Shown here piece by piece: positions 19,007 through 29,747 of a DNA stretch of 64,000 bases. Source of the stretch: Halarcobacter sp. (GTDB lineage: Bacteria > Campylobacterota > Campylobacteria > Campylobacterales > Arcobacteraceae); NCBI GenBank assembly GCA_048571215.1, contig CP182352.1, positions 768,001 through 832,000 on the forward strand, written 5' to 3'. The translations under genes were made by a program, and so were the position numbers. Below the pieces are notes generated by a model. It was not told where the DNA came from, made no database searches, and worked only from the letters and a program-made list of their open reading frames with translations. Position 1 is the first letter of the stretch; the number at the start of each line of letters is the position of its first letter.

Positions 19007-20191
19007 TTACTCCTTATTTATTCCTATAATTTTTGAAAATGTAAGTAACATAGCTCCTAAAAAAACAATAAAAGCTGTAAGATATAAAGCATAAGTGTAG
19101 TCACCAAACTTTTCAATTAAAGATACACTATATAATGGTGCCATAACTTGACCTATCCCATAAGCAGTTGTTATTGCACCCATTAGTACAACTGGATTAT
19201 TTCCTGCTAGTTTTCCTCCAAGATTCATAAATAGTGCAACTAAGCCCACAAAAGTTCCACCATATAAAACCCCTGAGAAGATGTTTAGGTATACATTATT
19301 TGTAAGTGCTGAGATTAAGATACCAACAACTTGTAAAAGCATAGCAATAACAATTATATTTACACTTCCATATCTTGAGGCTAGGGTCATCCAAATAATA
19401 CATGAAGGGATACCAGCAAGTCCGACAACTGTCCAAGTTAAACTCCCATATCCTTGTAAGCCCTCTAATGAGTTGATAATATCTGGTAGAAATGTTCCTT
19501 GAACAACAAAGCCAATACCCTCACAAAAATATGCAATTATAAGAATAATAACAAATGGAGAGAATATTTTTATATCAAATTTGTGTTTTACAACTTGAGG
19601 TTTCTCTTTTTTATCAAATGAAAGGATATAGATACTATAAAAAGATGCAAAAAGTGCAAAAATTGTTAATACTATCCAAGCTGTTTCCCAAGTGCCATTT
19701 AGATAATCAACTCCTCTAACTAATAAGTCAGTTGTAAAAATAGCAAAACCAATACCTGAAAAATGTATCCCCATAGCTTTAGTTTTACTATCTAGTTTAA
19801 GTCTACTCATAACAATTGCAGAACCAACAACAACACACATAGCTGTACCAAAACCTGCTATTATTCTTGATATAATCCAGATTGTTTCATTTTGAGTTAT
19901 TCCTAATATTAGTGTTGTTAGTACTGATAAAATCATCCCAATTTTAAAAAACTTAATCTTTGCATGCATATTATTTATAAATACTGCAAAAATTGAACCT
20001 GAAAGGTAGCCCACATAATTAATAGAGGCTAAAATACCAGCAAATTTAACACTTAAAAAATCGTTTAACATAGCTGGAAGTTGCGAGGTGAAACTAAATC
20101 TGGCAACACCAATTCCAATAATTAAAGCTGTAATTCCTGCTAATATAATGGCTGCATTTGAATTTTTATCCAATAAATTAATTTTATTCAT
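19007..20191 (-). CDS. YbfB/YjiJ-family MFS transporter
   Basis: GIGVARFSFT and ASINYVGYLSG; start at ATG 20191 with GGAG. Confidence 0.87.
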   Translation of the reverse strand: MNKINLLDKNSNAAIILAGITALIIGIGVARFSFTSQLPAMLNDFLSVKFAGILASINYVGYLSGSIFAVFINNMHAKIKFFKIGMILSVLTTLILGITQNETIWIISRIIAGFGTAMCVVVGSAIVMSRLKLDSKTKAMGIHFSGIGFAIFTTDLLVRGVDYLNGTWETAWIVLTIFALFASFYSIYILSFDKKEKPQVVKHKFDIKIFSPFVIILIIAYFCEGIGFVVQGTFLPDIINSLEGLQGYGSLTWTVVGLAGIPSCIIWMTLASRYGSVNIIVIAMLLQVVGILISALTNNVYLNIFSGVLYGGTFVGLVALFMNLGGKLAGNNPVVLMGAITTAYGIGQVMAPLYSVSLIEKFGDYTYALYLTAFIVFLGAMLLTFSKIIGINKE

Positions 20192-20221
20192 AACTACTCC
20201 AAGTTTTATATTTTGACATTC

Positions 20222-20269
20222 TATCACTAAAGATGATATAATGTCAAATATCTAATCATGATTAGTGAT
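20222..20269. promoter_or_regulatory. Two LysR-type T-N11-A boxes
   Basis: ATCA-N7-TGAT at 20223-20237 and 20255-20269 between divergent MFS and LysR genes. Confidence 0.65.
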
Positions 20270-20284
20270 ATAAGGAAAAGTGAT

Positions 20285-21112
20285 ATGGATTCTAATTTAT
20301 TAAAAGTATTTGTAACAGTTGCCAATAAAAAATCAATCTCAAAAGCAGCAAACAGTTTAAATTTTGCTCAGTCAAATGTAACTTCAAGAATAAAACAGCT
20401 AGAAAAAAATTTAGATTGTAAACTATTTCACAGGGTGCCACAAGGGGTGGTTTTAACCCATGAGGGGGAAAGATTATATCCCCATGCAATTGAGATTATA
20501 AAAAAGATTGAAGAGGCTGTTTTAGATATGAAAAATATGTTAAAACAGGAGCAGTTAGTGATAGCTTCAACAGAATCAAATGCTGTTACAAGAATCGTAA
20601 ACTTTTTATTAAAACTTCATGATGATTATCCATCCTTACAATTAGAACTTATTACGAATACAACTACTGATATAAAAAAGATGATTTTAGATTATAAAGT
20701 AGATATAGCTTTTATAAGTGGAATACCAAAAGAGGAAGAGTTGGTAGTTTTAAATAAAATAGATGAAGAGTTGGTTTTAGTTGAACCTTTTGAGGAACAA
20801 GCTCCAAGTATATTTTTAAGTTTTAAAAAAGGGTGTGCATATAGTGGATTTGCCCAAGACTACCTATTTGAAACTACGCAAATTGAACACAAAAAATTAG
20901 AGTTTGGAAGTTATGAAACAATTTTAGGTTGTGTTAAAGCTGGAATGGGAAAATCTATATTGCCAATAAGTATTGTAAAAAAGTTAAAATTTGATAATGA
21001 GATAAAAGTTTCAAAATTAAAAGAAAAGGCTTGGGGTATGCCAACTTGTTTAGTTTGTAGAAAAGACAATATCCCTAAGATTGGTGAATATTTAAAAAAT
21101 ATAGAGTTGTAA
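20285..21112 (+). CDS. LysR-family transcriptional regulator
   Basis: HTH SISKAANSLNFAQSNVTSRIKQLE. Confidence 0.95.
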   Translation: MDSNLLKVFVTVANKKSISKAANSLNFAQSNVTSRIKQLEKNLDCKLFHRVPQGVVLTHEGERLYPHAIEIIKKIEEAVLDMKNMLKQEQLVIASTESNAVTRIVNFLLKLHDDYPSLQLELITNTTTDIKKMILDYKVDIAFISGIPKEEELVVLNKIDEELVLVEPFEEQAPSIFLSFKKGCAYSGFAQDYLFETTQIEHKKLEFGSYETILGCVKAGMGKSILPISIVKKLKFDNEIKVSKLKEKAWGMPTCLVCRKDNIPKIGEYLKNIEL

Positions 21113-21128
21113 AGGTTTTAACCTTTAC
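21109..21128. terminator. Hairpin between convergent genes
   Basis: GTAAAGGTT-TT-AACCTTTAC. Confidence 0.55.
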
Positions 21129-22354
21129 TCCTCTTCTGTTCTTGGGTCAAGTACTGGTAATTCTAAACCTGAAGCAACAGGCATATTAACATAAGTTGAT
21201 AAGTCATCATCAGCTATTCTTTTTCTAGATAAAGAATAGAAAGCTAAATATATTGCTATTACAATAAATATTAGAAAGATTACTTCACTATAGTAATTAA
21301 ATAAAAACCCAATAAATATAGGGGCACAAAATGAACCAATTCCATATGTGAATAAAAGTGTTCTACTAATTTCAACTAAATCTTTATTTTCATCTACAAC
21401 ATCATTTGCTCTAGCTACCCCTAGAGGATAGAGTGAAAAGATAGTAAGACCCAATAAAAATCCACAAATATATAAAAACTGCTCATTTATACCAATAATG
21501 ATAAACAAACCTGATATAAGTGCAGTGAAAAATGAAACAACAGATATAACTTTTCTTCTTCCATATTTATCTGAGATAAGACCTATTGGCCATTGAGAAG
21601 TTAGTCCTCCTAGAAGTGTGATTAACATAAAATATGAAACAACTTCAACAGAATTATATTTTGTTAAGATATATACAGGAAACATGGTAAAAAATGCCCC
21701 AACAAAAAAACCTCCAATCAAACTTGATGTGGTTGCAAGAGGTACGACAGAGTATATTTTTGGTAGACTGTATTGCTCAAATGGTTTAAGTATAGGCTCT
21801 TTTATTTTTGTAAGTGAGATAAATACTACAGAAAATAAAATCAAAACAGAGCCTATGGTAAAGATATATTTTTTATAATTATCATCTATATTTAAAAACA
21901 ATTGTCCTAGAGCAGTTGATAGATAAAATATAATTGTATAGATAGCTAATACTTTCCCTCTATTTTCATGGGAACTTTTTTCATTTAACCAACTTTCTAA
22001 AATAATCAATAATCCATAAAAAGAGAAACCAGATATTAGTCTTAATATAGCCCAGATAATCTCATTGAAGAAAATAGAGTGTATCAAAAATGAAACTACC
22101 ATTATTGAAGCAAATGTTGCAAAACTTCTAATATGTCCCACTGATGAGATAATTTTTTGACTAAAGATTGATGAAGCGATTGCTCCCATAAAGAATGCAG
22201 AGTTAATTAGACCAATTACAGTATTACTAACCCCTTGTTCTTTTAAATAGATTCCAACAAAAGTTAATATCATACCGTAACCAATTGCTAGAAATGTGAT
22301 AGCAAAAAATAGTGACGATATGGTCATTATAGAAAATCTATCTTGTCTAGTCAT
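21125..22354 (-). CDS. MFS transporter, YcaD-like
   Basis: VGHIRSF, ESWLN, SDKYGRR. Confidence 0.88.
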   Translation of the reverse strand: MTRQDRFSIMTISSLFFAITFLAIGYGMILTFVGIYLKEQGVSNTVIGLINSAFFMGAIASSIFSQKIISSVGHIRSFATFASIMVVSFLIHSIFFNEIIWAILRLISGFSFYGLLIILESWLNEKSSHENRGKVLAIYTIIFYLSTALGQLFLNIDDNYKKYIFTIGSVLILFSVVFISLTKIKEPILKPFEQYSLPKIYSVVPLATTSSLIGGFFVGAFFTMFPVYILTKYNSVEVVSYFMLITLLGGLTSQWPIGLISDKYGRRKVISVVSFFTALISGLFIIIGINEQFLYICGFLLGLTIFSLYPLGVARANDVVDENKDLVEISRTLLFTYGIGSFCAPIFIGFLFNYYSEVIFLIFIVIAIYLAFYSLSRKRIADDDLSTYVNMPVASGLELPVLDPRTEEE

Positions 22355-22494
22355 AAATATCCTTTAAGTTTTTTCGTATTATACAAAGTTTTACAAAAAA
22401 AACAATTATATAAACAAGGTTTTTATTAGAATATTTTAAAAGTGATGAATCAGTTGTTTTATTATAAAAATATGATTTATTATATTAGTTAGTT

Positions 22495-23352
22495 TTATCC
22501 TCTTTTTAAAACAATTTTTCCTAGTTTTTGTGATACTTTTTTAGCTACAACTTCACATTTTACTTTAAATAAAAAGAAAACTCTTTTATCTTTATATCCT
22601 TCTAAACACTCAAAATTTCCCATACCTTTAGAGAGTACCAATGGCGTATTTTCAAAACTTTGCAAAAACTCACTACTTGCTTGCTCTTTTTCAAGTCCTG
22701 GGGTGTCAACTCCTGTGCTTACAACCTTACAATATTTATCAATACCAACTTGTAAAGCCTCTTTTGTAGTGATATCATTTATGATTGCTTTTCCTCTTGT
22801 TGCATATATGATTTCAATATTAGGGTAAAGTTGATTGATTGTTTTTACTAGTACCTTATCAAATACATTTTCCCCTGCATTATCTGCTAATATTATAAGT
22901 TGTGAAGTTTTTTCTAACTCATTTTTAAATATATTATAATCATTTATTGCAAAATCTGTTTCAAAGATAGTATTTATCTCTTCATCCAAACAAAACTCTT
23001 TTGTGGTGGCAAAATCTATTACATTTCCAGCAACTGCAGTTTTTATTGCAGTAAATAGTTTATCTTCACTATCTTTTATCTTTTTTTCAACTTGTGGCAA
23101 ATAAGATGTGGCTTTTTTTATTGATTCTTGTTTTAAACTCTCTAAGGGATCATCTAAATTTGTTTTTTTAGCTAAAAGTTCATAAACCTCTTTTGCTACA
23201 AAAGGAGGGGTGTCGCTAAAGGAAAAGTTTAAGGCTCTTTTATTTACCTCTTCCATAATCTCTTTAGATAAAGACTCATCTAGCTCTAAAAGTTTTGTAG
23301 CCTTATCTATTTGTCCAATTATACATTTTACACATTCATTAGTAATATTCAT
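22495..23352 (-). CDS. ARMT1/DUF89 damage-control phosphatase
   Basis: N-term CxxC, AGNVIDF, DNAGE, KGMGNFE. Confidence 0.9.
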   Translation of the reverse strand: MNITNECVKCIIGQIDKATKLLELDESLSKEIMEEVNKRALNFSFSDTPPFVAKEVYELLAKKTNLDDPLESLKQESIKKATSYLPQVEKKIKDSEDKLFTAIKTAVAGNVIDFATTKEFCLDEEINTIFETDFAINDYNIFKNELEKTSQLIILADNAGENVFDKVLVKTINQLYPNIEIIYATRGKAIINDITTKEALQVGIDKYCKVVSTGVDTPGLEKEQASSEFLQSFENTPLVLSKGMGNFECLEGYKDKRVFFLFKVKCEVVAKKVSQKLGKIVLKRG

Positions 23353-23478
23353 AAAAACTCTTTAAAAAATTTGCCTATTATTGTCATTTATCACTTGTTT
23401 TTAACTTAAGAGTCATTTAATTTATTTAATTTTTTCTTTATTAAAGTTATAATTGCATCTTCTATAATAAGGATTTTC

Positions 23479-24765
23479 ATGTTTAAATTAAAAGAACATA
23501 ATACTAATGTTTCAACAGAGCTTTCTGCTGGGTTTACAACATTTTTAACAATGATGTATATAGTTCCTGTAAATGGATTCATTTTAGCAGATGCTGGACT
23601 ACCTATGGATGCAGTTGTAACTGCTACTGCACTTATAACAATCTTGGCTACACTTTTTAGTGGTTTATGGTCAAATACTCCAATAGCAATGTCTGTAGGA
23701 ATGGGACTTAATGCTTACTTTTCATATGGTTTAGTTTTAGGTATGGGATTGGCTTGGCAAACTGCCTTAGGTATCGTCTTTTTATCTGGTATTTTATTTG
23801 TTATTTTATCATTTACAAATTTTAGGATTTGGATTATGACCTCTATTCCTATGAATTTAAGACGTGCTATTAGTGCAGGTATTGGAACCTTTATCGCTTT
23901 TATTGGTTTAAAACAGATGCAGATGATAGTTGACAACAAAGCTACCTTAGTTGGTCTTGGTGATTTTTCAGACTCAAATGTATTACTTGGAGTTTTAGGA
24001 CTTGTATTATCCTTTTCTTTTTATGCCTATAAAATAAGAGGGGCATTTATTTTATCTATTGCAATTACTTCTATTGTTGCTTGGAGTTTTGGTGTTGGTT
24101 CTTTCCCAACTAGTCTATTCTCAGCTCCTAGTTCTATTGCACCAATTGCTTTAAAACTTGATATTGCTAGTGCTTTAACCTTATCACTTTTACCAGTAAT
24201 AATTACATTTTTAATAACAGATATGTTTGATACATTAGGTACTTTAACGGGTGTTGGTACAAGGGCAAAACTATTCCAAGAGAATAATAAAGATGATAAA
24301 TCTTTACAAAAAACTCTAGAAGCTGATGCCATAGCTACAACAGCCGGAAGTTTACTTGGAGTATCTACAACAACCTCTTTTATAGAGAGTGCAAGTGGAG
24401 TAGAAGAGGGTGGAAGAACAGGACTTACAGCAGTTTTTACGGCTATGTTTTTTATATGTACACTTTTTATGTTACCACTTTTTAAATCTATTCCTGGAAA
24501 TGCAATTTATCCAGTATTAGTAGTAGTTGGGGTATTGATGTTTACAGAACTTGGTAAAATAAATTTTGAACAAACAGATTTAGCTACAACAGCAGCAGCA
24601 TTTTTTATAGTGATACTTATGCCTTTAACCTTTTCTATTACTAATGGAATAGCAGCAGGATTTTTAGTATATACAATGCTTAAGTTTGTAAAAAAAGAGT
24701 ACAAAGATTTAAATCTGGGAATTTTAACAATCACCTTTATAAGTCTTCTATCATTTATATTATAA
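23479..24765 (+). CDS. NCS2 (AzgA/PbuG-type) purine permease
   Basis: GMGLNAYF, FDTLGT, ESASGVEEGGRTG. Confidence 0.92.
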   Translation: MFKLKEHNTNVSTELSAGFTTFLTMMYIVPVNGFILADAGLPMDAVVTATALITILATLFSGLWSNTPIAMSVGMGLNAYFSYGLVLGMGLAWQTALGIVFLSGILFVILSFTNFRIWIMTSIPMNLRRAISAGIGTFIAFIGLKQMQMIVDNKATLVGLGDFSDSNVLLGVLGLVLSFSFYAYKIRGAFILSIAITSIVAWSFGVGSFPTSLFSAPSSIAPIALKLDIASALTLSLLPVIITFLITDMFDTLGTLTGVGTRAKLFQENNKDDKSLQKTLEADAIATTAGSLLGVSTTTSFIESASGVEEGGRTGLTAVFTAMFFICTLFMLPLFKSIPGNAIYPVLVVVGVLMFTELGKINFEQTDLATTAAAFFIVILMPLTFSITNGIAAGFLVYTMLKFVKKEYKDLNLGILTITFISLLSFIL

Positions 24766-24774
24766 GGAAATTAT

Positions 24775-25221
24775 TTGGAAAAATATTATTACGGTTATGA
24801 CGAATTTAAAAAGGATGCACAAGTTTTAGTAAACAAGTGTAAAGATTATGAGCCAGAGATACTTTTGGCTGTTGCAAGAGGTGGTTTAACATTAGCTCAC
24901 TTAATGTCACAAGCTATGAATATGAGAAATCTATTTACGATAAATTCTATCCATTATGAGGGGGAGTTAAAATTAAATAGTTTTAATATTTTTAATATTC
25001 CTGATATGTCTCATGCAAAAAAAGTTTTAATTATTGATGATATTGTTGATTCTGGTGAAACTATGGAAGAAATTTTAAAAATATTAAATAAAAAATTTCC
25101 AAAAGTGGAATTTAAACTTGCAACACTATTTTATAAGAGTGAAGCCCTAATAAAGCCTGATTACAGTGTAAGAGAGGCAAACGAATGGATAGATTTTTTC
25201 TGGGAAGTTGACTTAGTTTAG
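24775..25221 (+). CDS. Purine phosphoribosyltransferase (Gpt-like)
   Basis: ARGGL, VLIIDDIVDSGET, WIDFFWE. Confidence 0.88.
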   Translation: MEKYYYGYDEFKKDAQVLVNKCKDYEPEILLAVARGGLTLAHLMSQAMNMRNLFTINSIHYEGELKLNSFNIFNIPDMSHAKKVLIIDDIVDSGETMEEILKILNKKFPKVEFKLATLFYKSEALIKPDYSVREANEWIDFFWEVDLV

Positions 25222-25324
25222 TAATAATATATGTAGTTTATATATATTTATAGTGATTCTTTTCTATTTTTCAAACTAACTTGTGTTATAATTTTCTAGA
25301 AAAAAAATTATTTATGGAAAATAC

Positions 25325-25579
25325 ATGACATTTATTGACTTTAAAAAATTACTTTTAGATGCCGAACTTACAATTCCTAAGTTTACAGCACTTATAAAAG
25401 TAAGTGAGAAAAATATTCAAGCTTACAAGAAAAAAGAGGAAGTTCCAAATGCTATTGCAGTTGTTGCCGCTTGTTTTGCAAAGATGAATCAAGAGGGTAT
25501 GGACTATAAAAGTTTAATAGAAGAGTTAGACTTGAAGAAAAAAGAGAAAAAAGGTGCAGGCTTCTCTTCAAAGAAATAA
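25325..25579 (+). CDS. Hypothetical small protein, possible HTH
   Basis: 84-aa ORF with SD; HTH-like N-terminus. Confidence 0.6.
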   Translation: MTFIDFKKLLLDAELTIPKFTALIKVSEKNIQAYKKKEEVPNAIAVVAACFAKMNQEGMDYKSLIEELDLKKKEKKGAGFSSKK

Positions 25580-25653
25580 TTAAGAATAAACTCTTAAATA
25601 ATCATTAACATTTTTTAGGTATACTTCCCAAAAAAATCAAGGAAGTATATTCT

Positions 25654-26040
25654 ATGACACTTAATAAAAATGTGAAACTATTTTTAACTATAGCCTCTAT
25701 TATGATGGGCTTAGCTGTTGCTATTGGAGCTTTTGGAGCACATGGATTAAAATCATTAGTTGATGAATCTATGCTTAAAGTATATCAAACAGGTGTGCAA
25801 TATCAATTCTACAATACTCTAGGACTATTTGCAGCTTCATTTATAATCTATTTGAAACCTGATTCTAAAAAAATTGTTATAGCCTCTTGGCTTATTTTAT
25901 TAGGTATGCTAATTTTCTCTTTTTCATTATACTTATTAGTTATTTTAAGTATGCCAGTTTTAGGTGCTATAACACCTATTGGTGGAACTTTGATGATAAT
26001 TGGTTGGATTTTATTAGCTTATGGTATTTATAAGGAATAA
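25654..26040 (+). CDS. DUF423 membrane protein
   Basis: GAFGAHGL and GAITPIGG. Confidence 0.9.
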   Translation: MTLNKNVKLFLTIASIMMGLAVAIGAFGAHGLKSLVDESMLKVYQTGVQYQFYNTLGLFAASFIIYLKPDSKKIVIASWLILLGMLIFSFSLYLLVILSMPVLGAITPIGGTLMIIGWILLAYGIYKE

Positions 26041-26041
26041 G

Positions 26042-26848
26042 ATGACAGCTATTGAAAAAATACAAGAGGTTCGAGATTCAAGATGGTTCTCTAATCTTAC
26101 AACCTCTATTATCATAGCATATGCTTCAATTTTAGGATTTAAAACCTTAGATCAAGTGGAAAATGAATATGATATTTTTTTAAGATTTGCAGATTATTTC
26201 GTAACAATATATTTTGTTTTTGAGTTAGCAATAAAAATGGTAGCGGAGAAAAAGTTTTTAAACTTTTTTAAGTCGGGTTGGAATTTGTTTGATTTTATAA
26301 TTGTTACAATAACACTTCTTCCTTTAGAATCATCAAATCTTGCTGCAATTGCTAGACTTATGAGGGTATTTAGGGTCTTAAGACTTTTTACAGCACGTCC
26401 AGAGTTAAAAGCAATTATCGATATGTTGATTCGTGCAATACCTTCTATTATTGATATTGTTATCTTAATGTTTATAATCTTTTATATATATGCAATTATA
26501 GGAAGCTTTTTCTTTGTTGATTTACCATCAGGTTTATGGGATAACTTCTTGGTTTCAATGTTAACATTATTTAGAGTTTTAACATTTGAAGATTGGACAG
26601 ATGTTATGTATGAAGCTATGGAAGTATATCCTTGGGCATGGATATATTTTGTATCTTTTGTAATCATTGCTGCTTTTGTATTTTTTAATCTTTTTGTTGC
26701 AGTTATTATTGGAGAGATGCAAAAACTTCAAGAGGTAGATATGAAAGAAGAGATACATGAAGATCATTTAAAACTTGATATTATGTTAGAAGAGATTAAA
26801 GCTTTACGATCTGAGCTAAGAGATTTAAAAGAGGATAGAAAAGAGTAG
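26042..26848 (+). CDS. Bacterial voltage-gated cation (BacNav-type) channel
   Basis: 6 TM; S4 RLMRVFRVLR; filter TFEDWTD; start ATG 26042 after AAGGA. Confidence 0.92.
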   Translation: MTAIEKIQEVRDSRWFSNLTTSIIIAYASILGFKTLDQVENEYDIFLRFADYFVTIYFVFELAIKMVAEKKFLNFFKSGWNLFDFIIVTITLLPLESSNLAAIARLMRVFRVLRLFTARPELKAIIDMLIRAIPSIIDIVILMFIIFYIYAIIGSFFFVDLPSGLWDNFLVSMLTLFRVLTFEDWTDVMYEAMEVYPWAWIYFVSFVIIAAFVFFNLFVAVIIGEMQKLQEVDMKEEIHEDHLKLDIMLEEIKALRSELRDLKEDRKE

Positions 26849-26864
26849 ACTTTAAAGTCTACTC
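26843..26864. terminator. Perfect 22-bp palindrome containing both convergent stop codons
   Basis: GAGTAGACTTTAAAGTCTACTC. Confidence 0.6.
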
Positions 26865-27482
26865 ATTTGTATTGAAAGCTCGATCTCCAGCATCACCAAG
26901 ACCTGGTCTGATATATTTATTGTCATCTAATCTTTCATCAACTTGAGCGATATAAATATCAACATCTGGATGAGCTTCTTGTACTGCTTTTACCCCCTCA
27001 GGTGCTCCTAATATATTTAAAGAGATAATTCTTTTTGCACCTTTATTCTTTAAATACTCTATCCCATCTATTAAAGATCCACCAGTAGCAACCATTGGAT
27101 CAAGTAGTAATACTGTTTTATCCTTTATTTCAGGAATATTCTCATAAAAAAGTTTTGATTGGGCAGTTTGCTCATCTCTTTTCATGGCTAAAAAACCACT
27201 TCTTGCGTATGGTAGAGTTCTTAAAATACCAGTTAACATAGGTTCACCAGCTCTTAAAATTGGAACTAAAACAAGTTTTTGTACCTCTATCATTTGAACA
27301 TCTAAAGGTCCTTGCCAAGTGTTGATATTTTGTGTTACTGTTTCAAAGTCTGCTAAGGCTTCAGAGGCAATTATTCTAGATATCTCTTCAATAGTTAGTC
27401 TAAATTCATTTGAAGCAGTTCTAACATCTCTTAATCTATTAACAAGATGTTTTACTACTATGTTTGTACTTTCTTTATACAT
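26859..27482 (-). CDS. upp: Uracil phosphoribosyltransferase
   Basis: PILRAG, DPMVATGGS, PGLGDAGDR. Confidence 0.97.
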   Translation of the reverse strand: MYKESTNIVVKHLVNRLRDVRTASNEFRLTIEEISRIIASEALADFETVTQNINTWQGPLDVQMIEVQKLVLVPILRAGEPMLTGILRTLPYARSGFLAMKRDEQTAQSKLFYENIPEIKDKTVLLLDPMVATGGSLIDGIEYLKNKGAKRIISLNILGAPEGVKAVQEAHPDVDIYIAQVDERLDDNKYIRPGLGDAGDRAFNTNE

Positions 27483-27601
27483 TTGTATTCCTATAAAATT
27501 TTAATAAACTATAACAAAAAATTGCTTATTAATCGTACAATAATTTACAATAAGTTAATCCTAAATTGGGTAATATTTTAAAAATTATAAAAAGAGTTAA
27601 A

Positions 27602-28852
27602 ATGAAACCTACAGATTACAACTTCCGATTAAAAGACTCAATTTTAGGAATTCAGTTTTTATTTGTTGCCTTTGGTGCTTTGGTATTAGTTCCTATATTA
27701 ACAGGTCTTGATCCAAATGTGGCACTTTTTACCGCAGGTATAGGAACCTTAGTTTTCCAAATAGTAAATAAAGGCACTATCCCTCCAATATTTCTAGCCT
27801 CATCTTTTGCATTTATTGCTCCTATTTCTAATGGAGTTAAGACTTGGGGTATTGCTGCAACTATGTCAGGCTTAGTTGCCGCAGGACTTTTTTATGTTTT
27901 ACTTAGTTTTCTTATAAGATTAAAAGGGGATAATTTTTTACATAAATTATTACCTGCTGTTGTTGTGGGACCTGTAATTATGTCAATTGGACTTATTTTA
28001 TCTCCTGTTGCTGTATTTATGGCTATGGGAAAAACAGGTGATGGTTCAATACAACTTATCCCTTTTGAACAAGCTATAGTTATCTCTATGGTTTCACTTT
28101 TTACTATGATATTTATTTCATTATTAGGCAAGGGTGTTTTTAAACTTATTCCAATACTTGCTGCAATTATTATGGGATATATTGTTTCACTTTTTTTTGG
28201 AGTAGTAGATTTTAGCTTAATACAAAAAGCAACTTGGTTTGCAATACCTAATTTTACAACACCAGAGTTTAATTGGCAAGCAATTATTTTTATTATGCCT
28301 ATTGCAATTGCACCAGCAATTGAACATATTGGAGATATGTTAGCTATTTCAAATGTTACAAAACAAGATTATTTGAAAAAACCAGGTTTAAAAAACACTC
28401 TTTTAGGTGATGGTTTAGCAACTTCAGTTGCTGCACTTTTTGGTGGACCACCAAATACCACATACTCAGAAGTTACAGGAGCAGTTACAGTAACAAAAGC
28501 ATACAATCCTGCAATTATGACTTGGGCTGCACTATCTGCAATTGTATTAGCATTTATAGGAAAATTAGGAGGTGTTTTAGCTTCTATTCCAGTACCAGTT
28601 ATGGGTGGAGTTATGTTACTTCTATTTGGAATCATTGCTAGTATTGGTATCTCAACACTTGTAAGAGGAAAAGTTGATTTTAACTGTCCTAGAAATTTGA
28701 TTATTGTTTCAATGATTTTAGTTTTTTCAATTGGAGGAATGACTTTTAACTTTTTTGGAGTACCATTTTCTGGTATTGGTTTAGGTGCCTTAACTGGAAT
28801 ATTTTTAAATCTAATTTTACCACAAGCAAGAAAAGAGGATCATATTATTTAA
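27602..28852 (+). CDS. uraA: Uracil permease (NCS2/NAT family)
   Basis: EHIGD, GGPPNTTYSE; divergent from upp. Confidence 0.92.
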   Translation: MKPTDYNFRLKDSILGIQFLFVAFGALVLVPILTGLDPNVALFTAGIGTLVFQIVNKGTIPPIFLASSFAFIAPISNGVKTWGIAATMSGLVAAGLFYVLLSFLIRLKGDNFLHKLLPAVVVGPVIMSIGLILSPVAVFMAMGKTGDGSIQLIPFEQAIVISMVSLFTMIFISLLGKGVFKLIPILAAIIMGYIVSLFFGVVDFSLIQKATWFAIPNFTTPEFNWQAIIFIMPIAIAPAIEHIGDMLAISNVTKQDYLKKPGLKNTLLGDGLATSVAALFGGPPNTTYSEVTGAVTVTKAYNPAIMTWAALSAIVLAFIGKLGGVLASIPVPVMGGVMLLLFGIIASIGISTLVRGKVDFNCPRNLIIVSMILVFSIGGMTFNFFGVPFSGIGLGALTGIFLNLILPQARKEDHII

Positions 28853-28853
28853 A

Positions 28854-28877
28854 AAAGAACTATTTTTATAGTTCTTT
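28854..28877 (+). terminator. Rho-independent terminator of uraA
   Basis: AAAGAACTAT-TTTT-ATAGTTCTTT followed by T-rich tract. Confidence 0.65.
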
Positions 28878-28907
28878 CTTCTTTTATTTTAATTTTAGGA
28901 ATATTTC

Positions 28908-29693
28908 ATGGAACTTTTTATTATAAAGTCAATTTCCGTGGTAACTTTGGTTTTAGCTTTAAGTTTTATAGCGGAGAAATTGAGTCCAAAAGTTTCAGGT
29001 ATATTGTCTGGACTTCCTGTAGGAAGTTCTATAACTTTACTTTTTTTTGCTATTGAAAATGGTGTTGATTATGTAACTCATGTTGCATTGTATAATATTC
29101 ATGGTCTTTTTGCTGCATTATCTTTTTGTATAGGTTATTATATTAGTACCTTTTACAAAGGCAAATTTGAAATATTTTTAAGTCTTATGATTTCATTTTT
29201 TTCATATTTGATTATAGCTTTTATAATCTCTTTTATTCCACCACATATTGTTTTTACCCCTTTAGTTGTAATTGCTTTAATGTATATTGTATCTATATAC
29301 TTTGCAAAAAAAGAGAACTTTCCAACTGTAAAAAAAGATAAAATTACCATAAGTGATTTACTCTTTAGGTCAATATTAACCATATTTATTTTTTTAATTG
29401 TTTCTAATCTTCCAAAAGTTGTAAGTCCAAATTTAGCAGGTATTTTTTCTGCTTTTCCTACAATTCTTTTGCCTTTATTATTAATAATTCATTTTAGGCA
29501 TAGTAATTTACAAGCAAGAACTATAATAAAAAACACACCCTTTGGATTAAGTTCTGTAGTTATATACTCTTTGGTGATTTATTTGACATATTCTAAAATT
29601 GGTATTTTATATGGAACCCTTATAGCTTTGTTATCTTCAATGTTATATATGGTAATTCAAACAAAAATTTTTAGAATTTTGAAATGGATTTAA
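28908..29693 (+). CDS. Integral membrane protein with two internal repeats
   Basis: Repeated P..(S/A)GI.S..P motif; about 10 TM. Confidence 0.7.
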   Translation: MELFIIKSISVVTLVLALSFIAEKLSPKVSGILSGLPVGSSITLLFFAIENGVDYVTHVALYNIHGLFAALSFCIGYYISTFYKGKFEIFLSLMISFFSYLIIAFIISFIPPHIVFTPLVVIALMYIVSIYFAKKENFPTVKKDKITISDLLFRSILTIFIFLIVSNLPKVVSPNLAGIFSAFPTILLPLLLIIHFRHSNLQARTIIKNTPFGLSSVVIYSLVIYLTYSKIGILYGTLIALLSSMLYMVIQTKIFRILKWI

Positions 29694-29747
29694 TAGTTAT
29701 TACATATTAAATTCCTTATAATAAAATAAAAAATTATAGGATAAATA

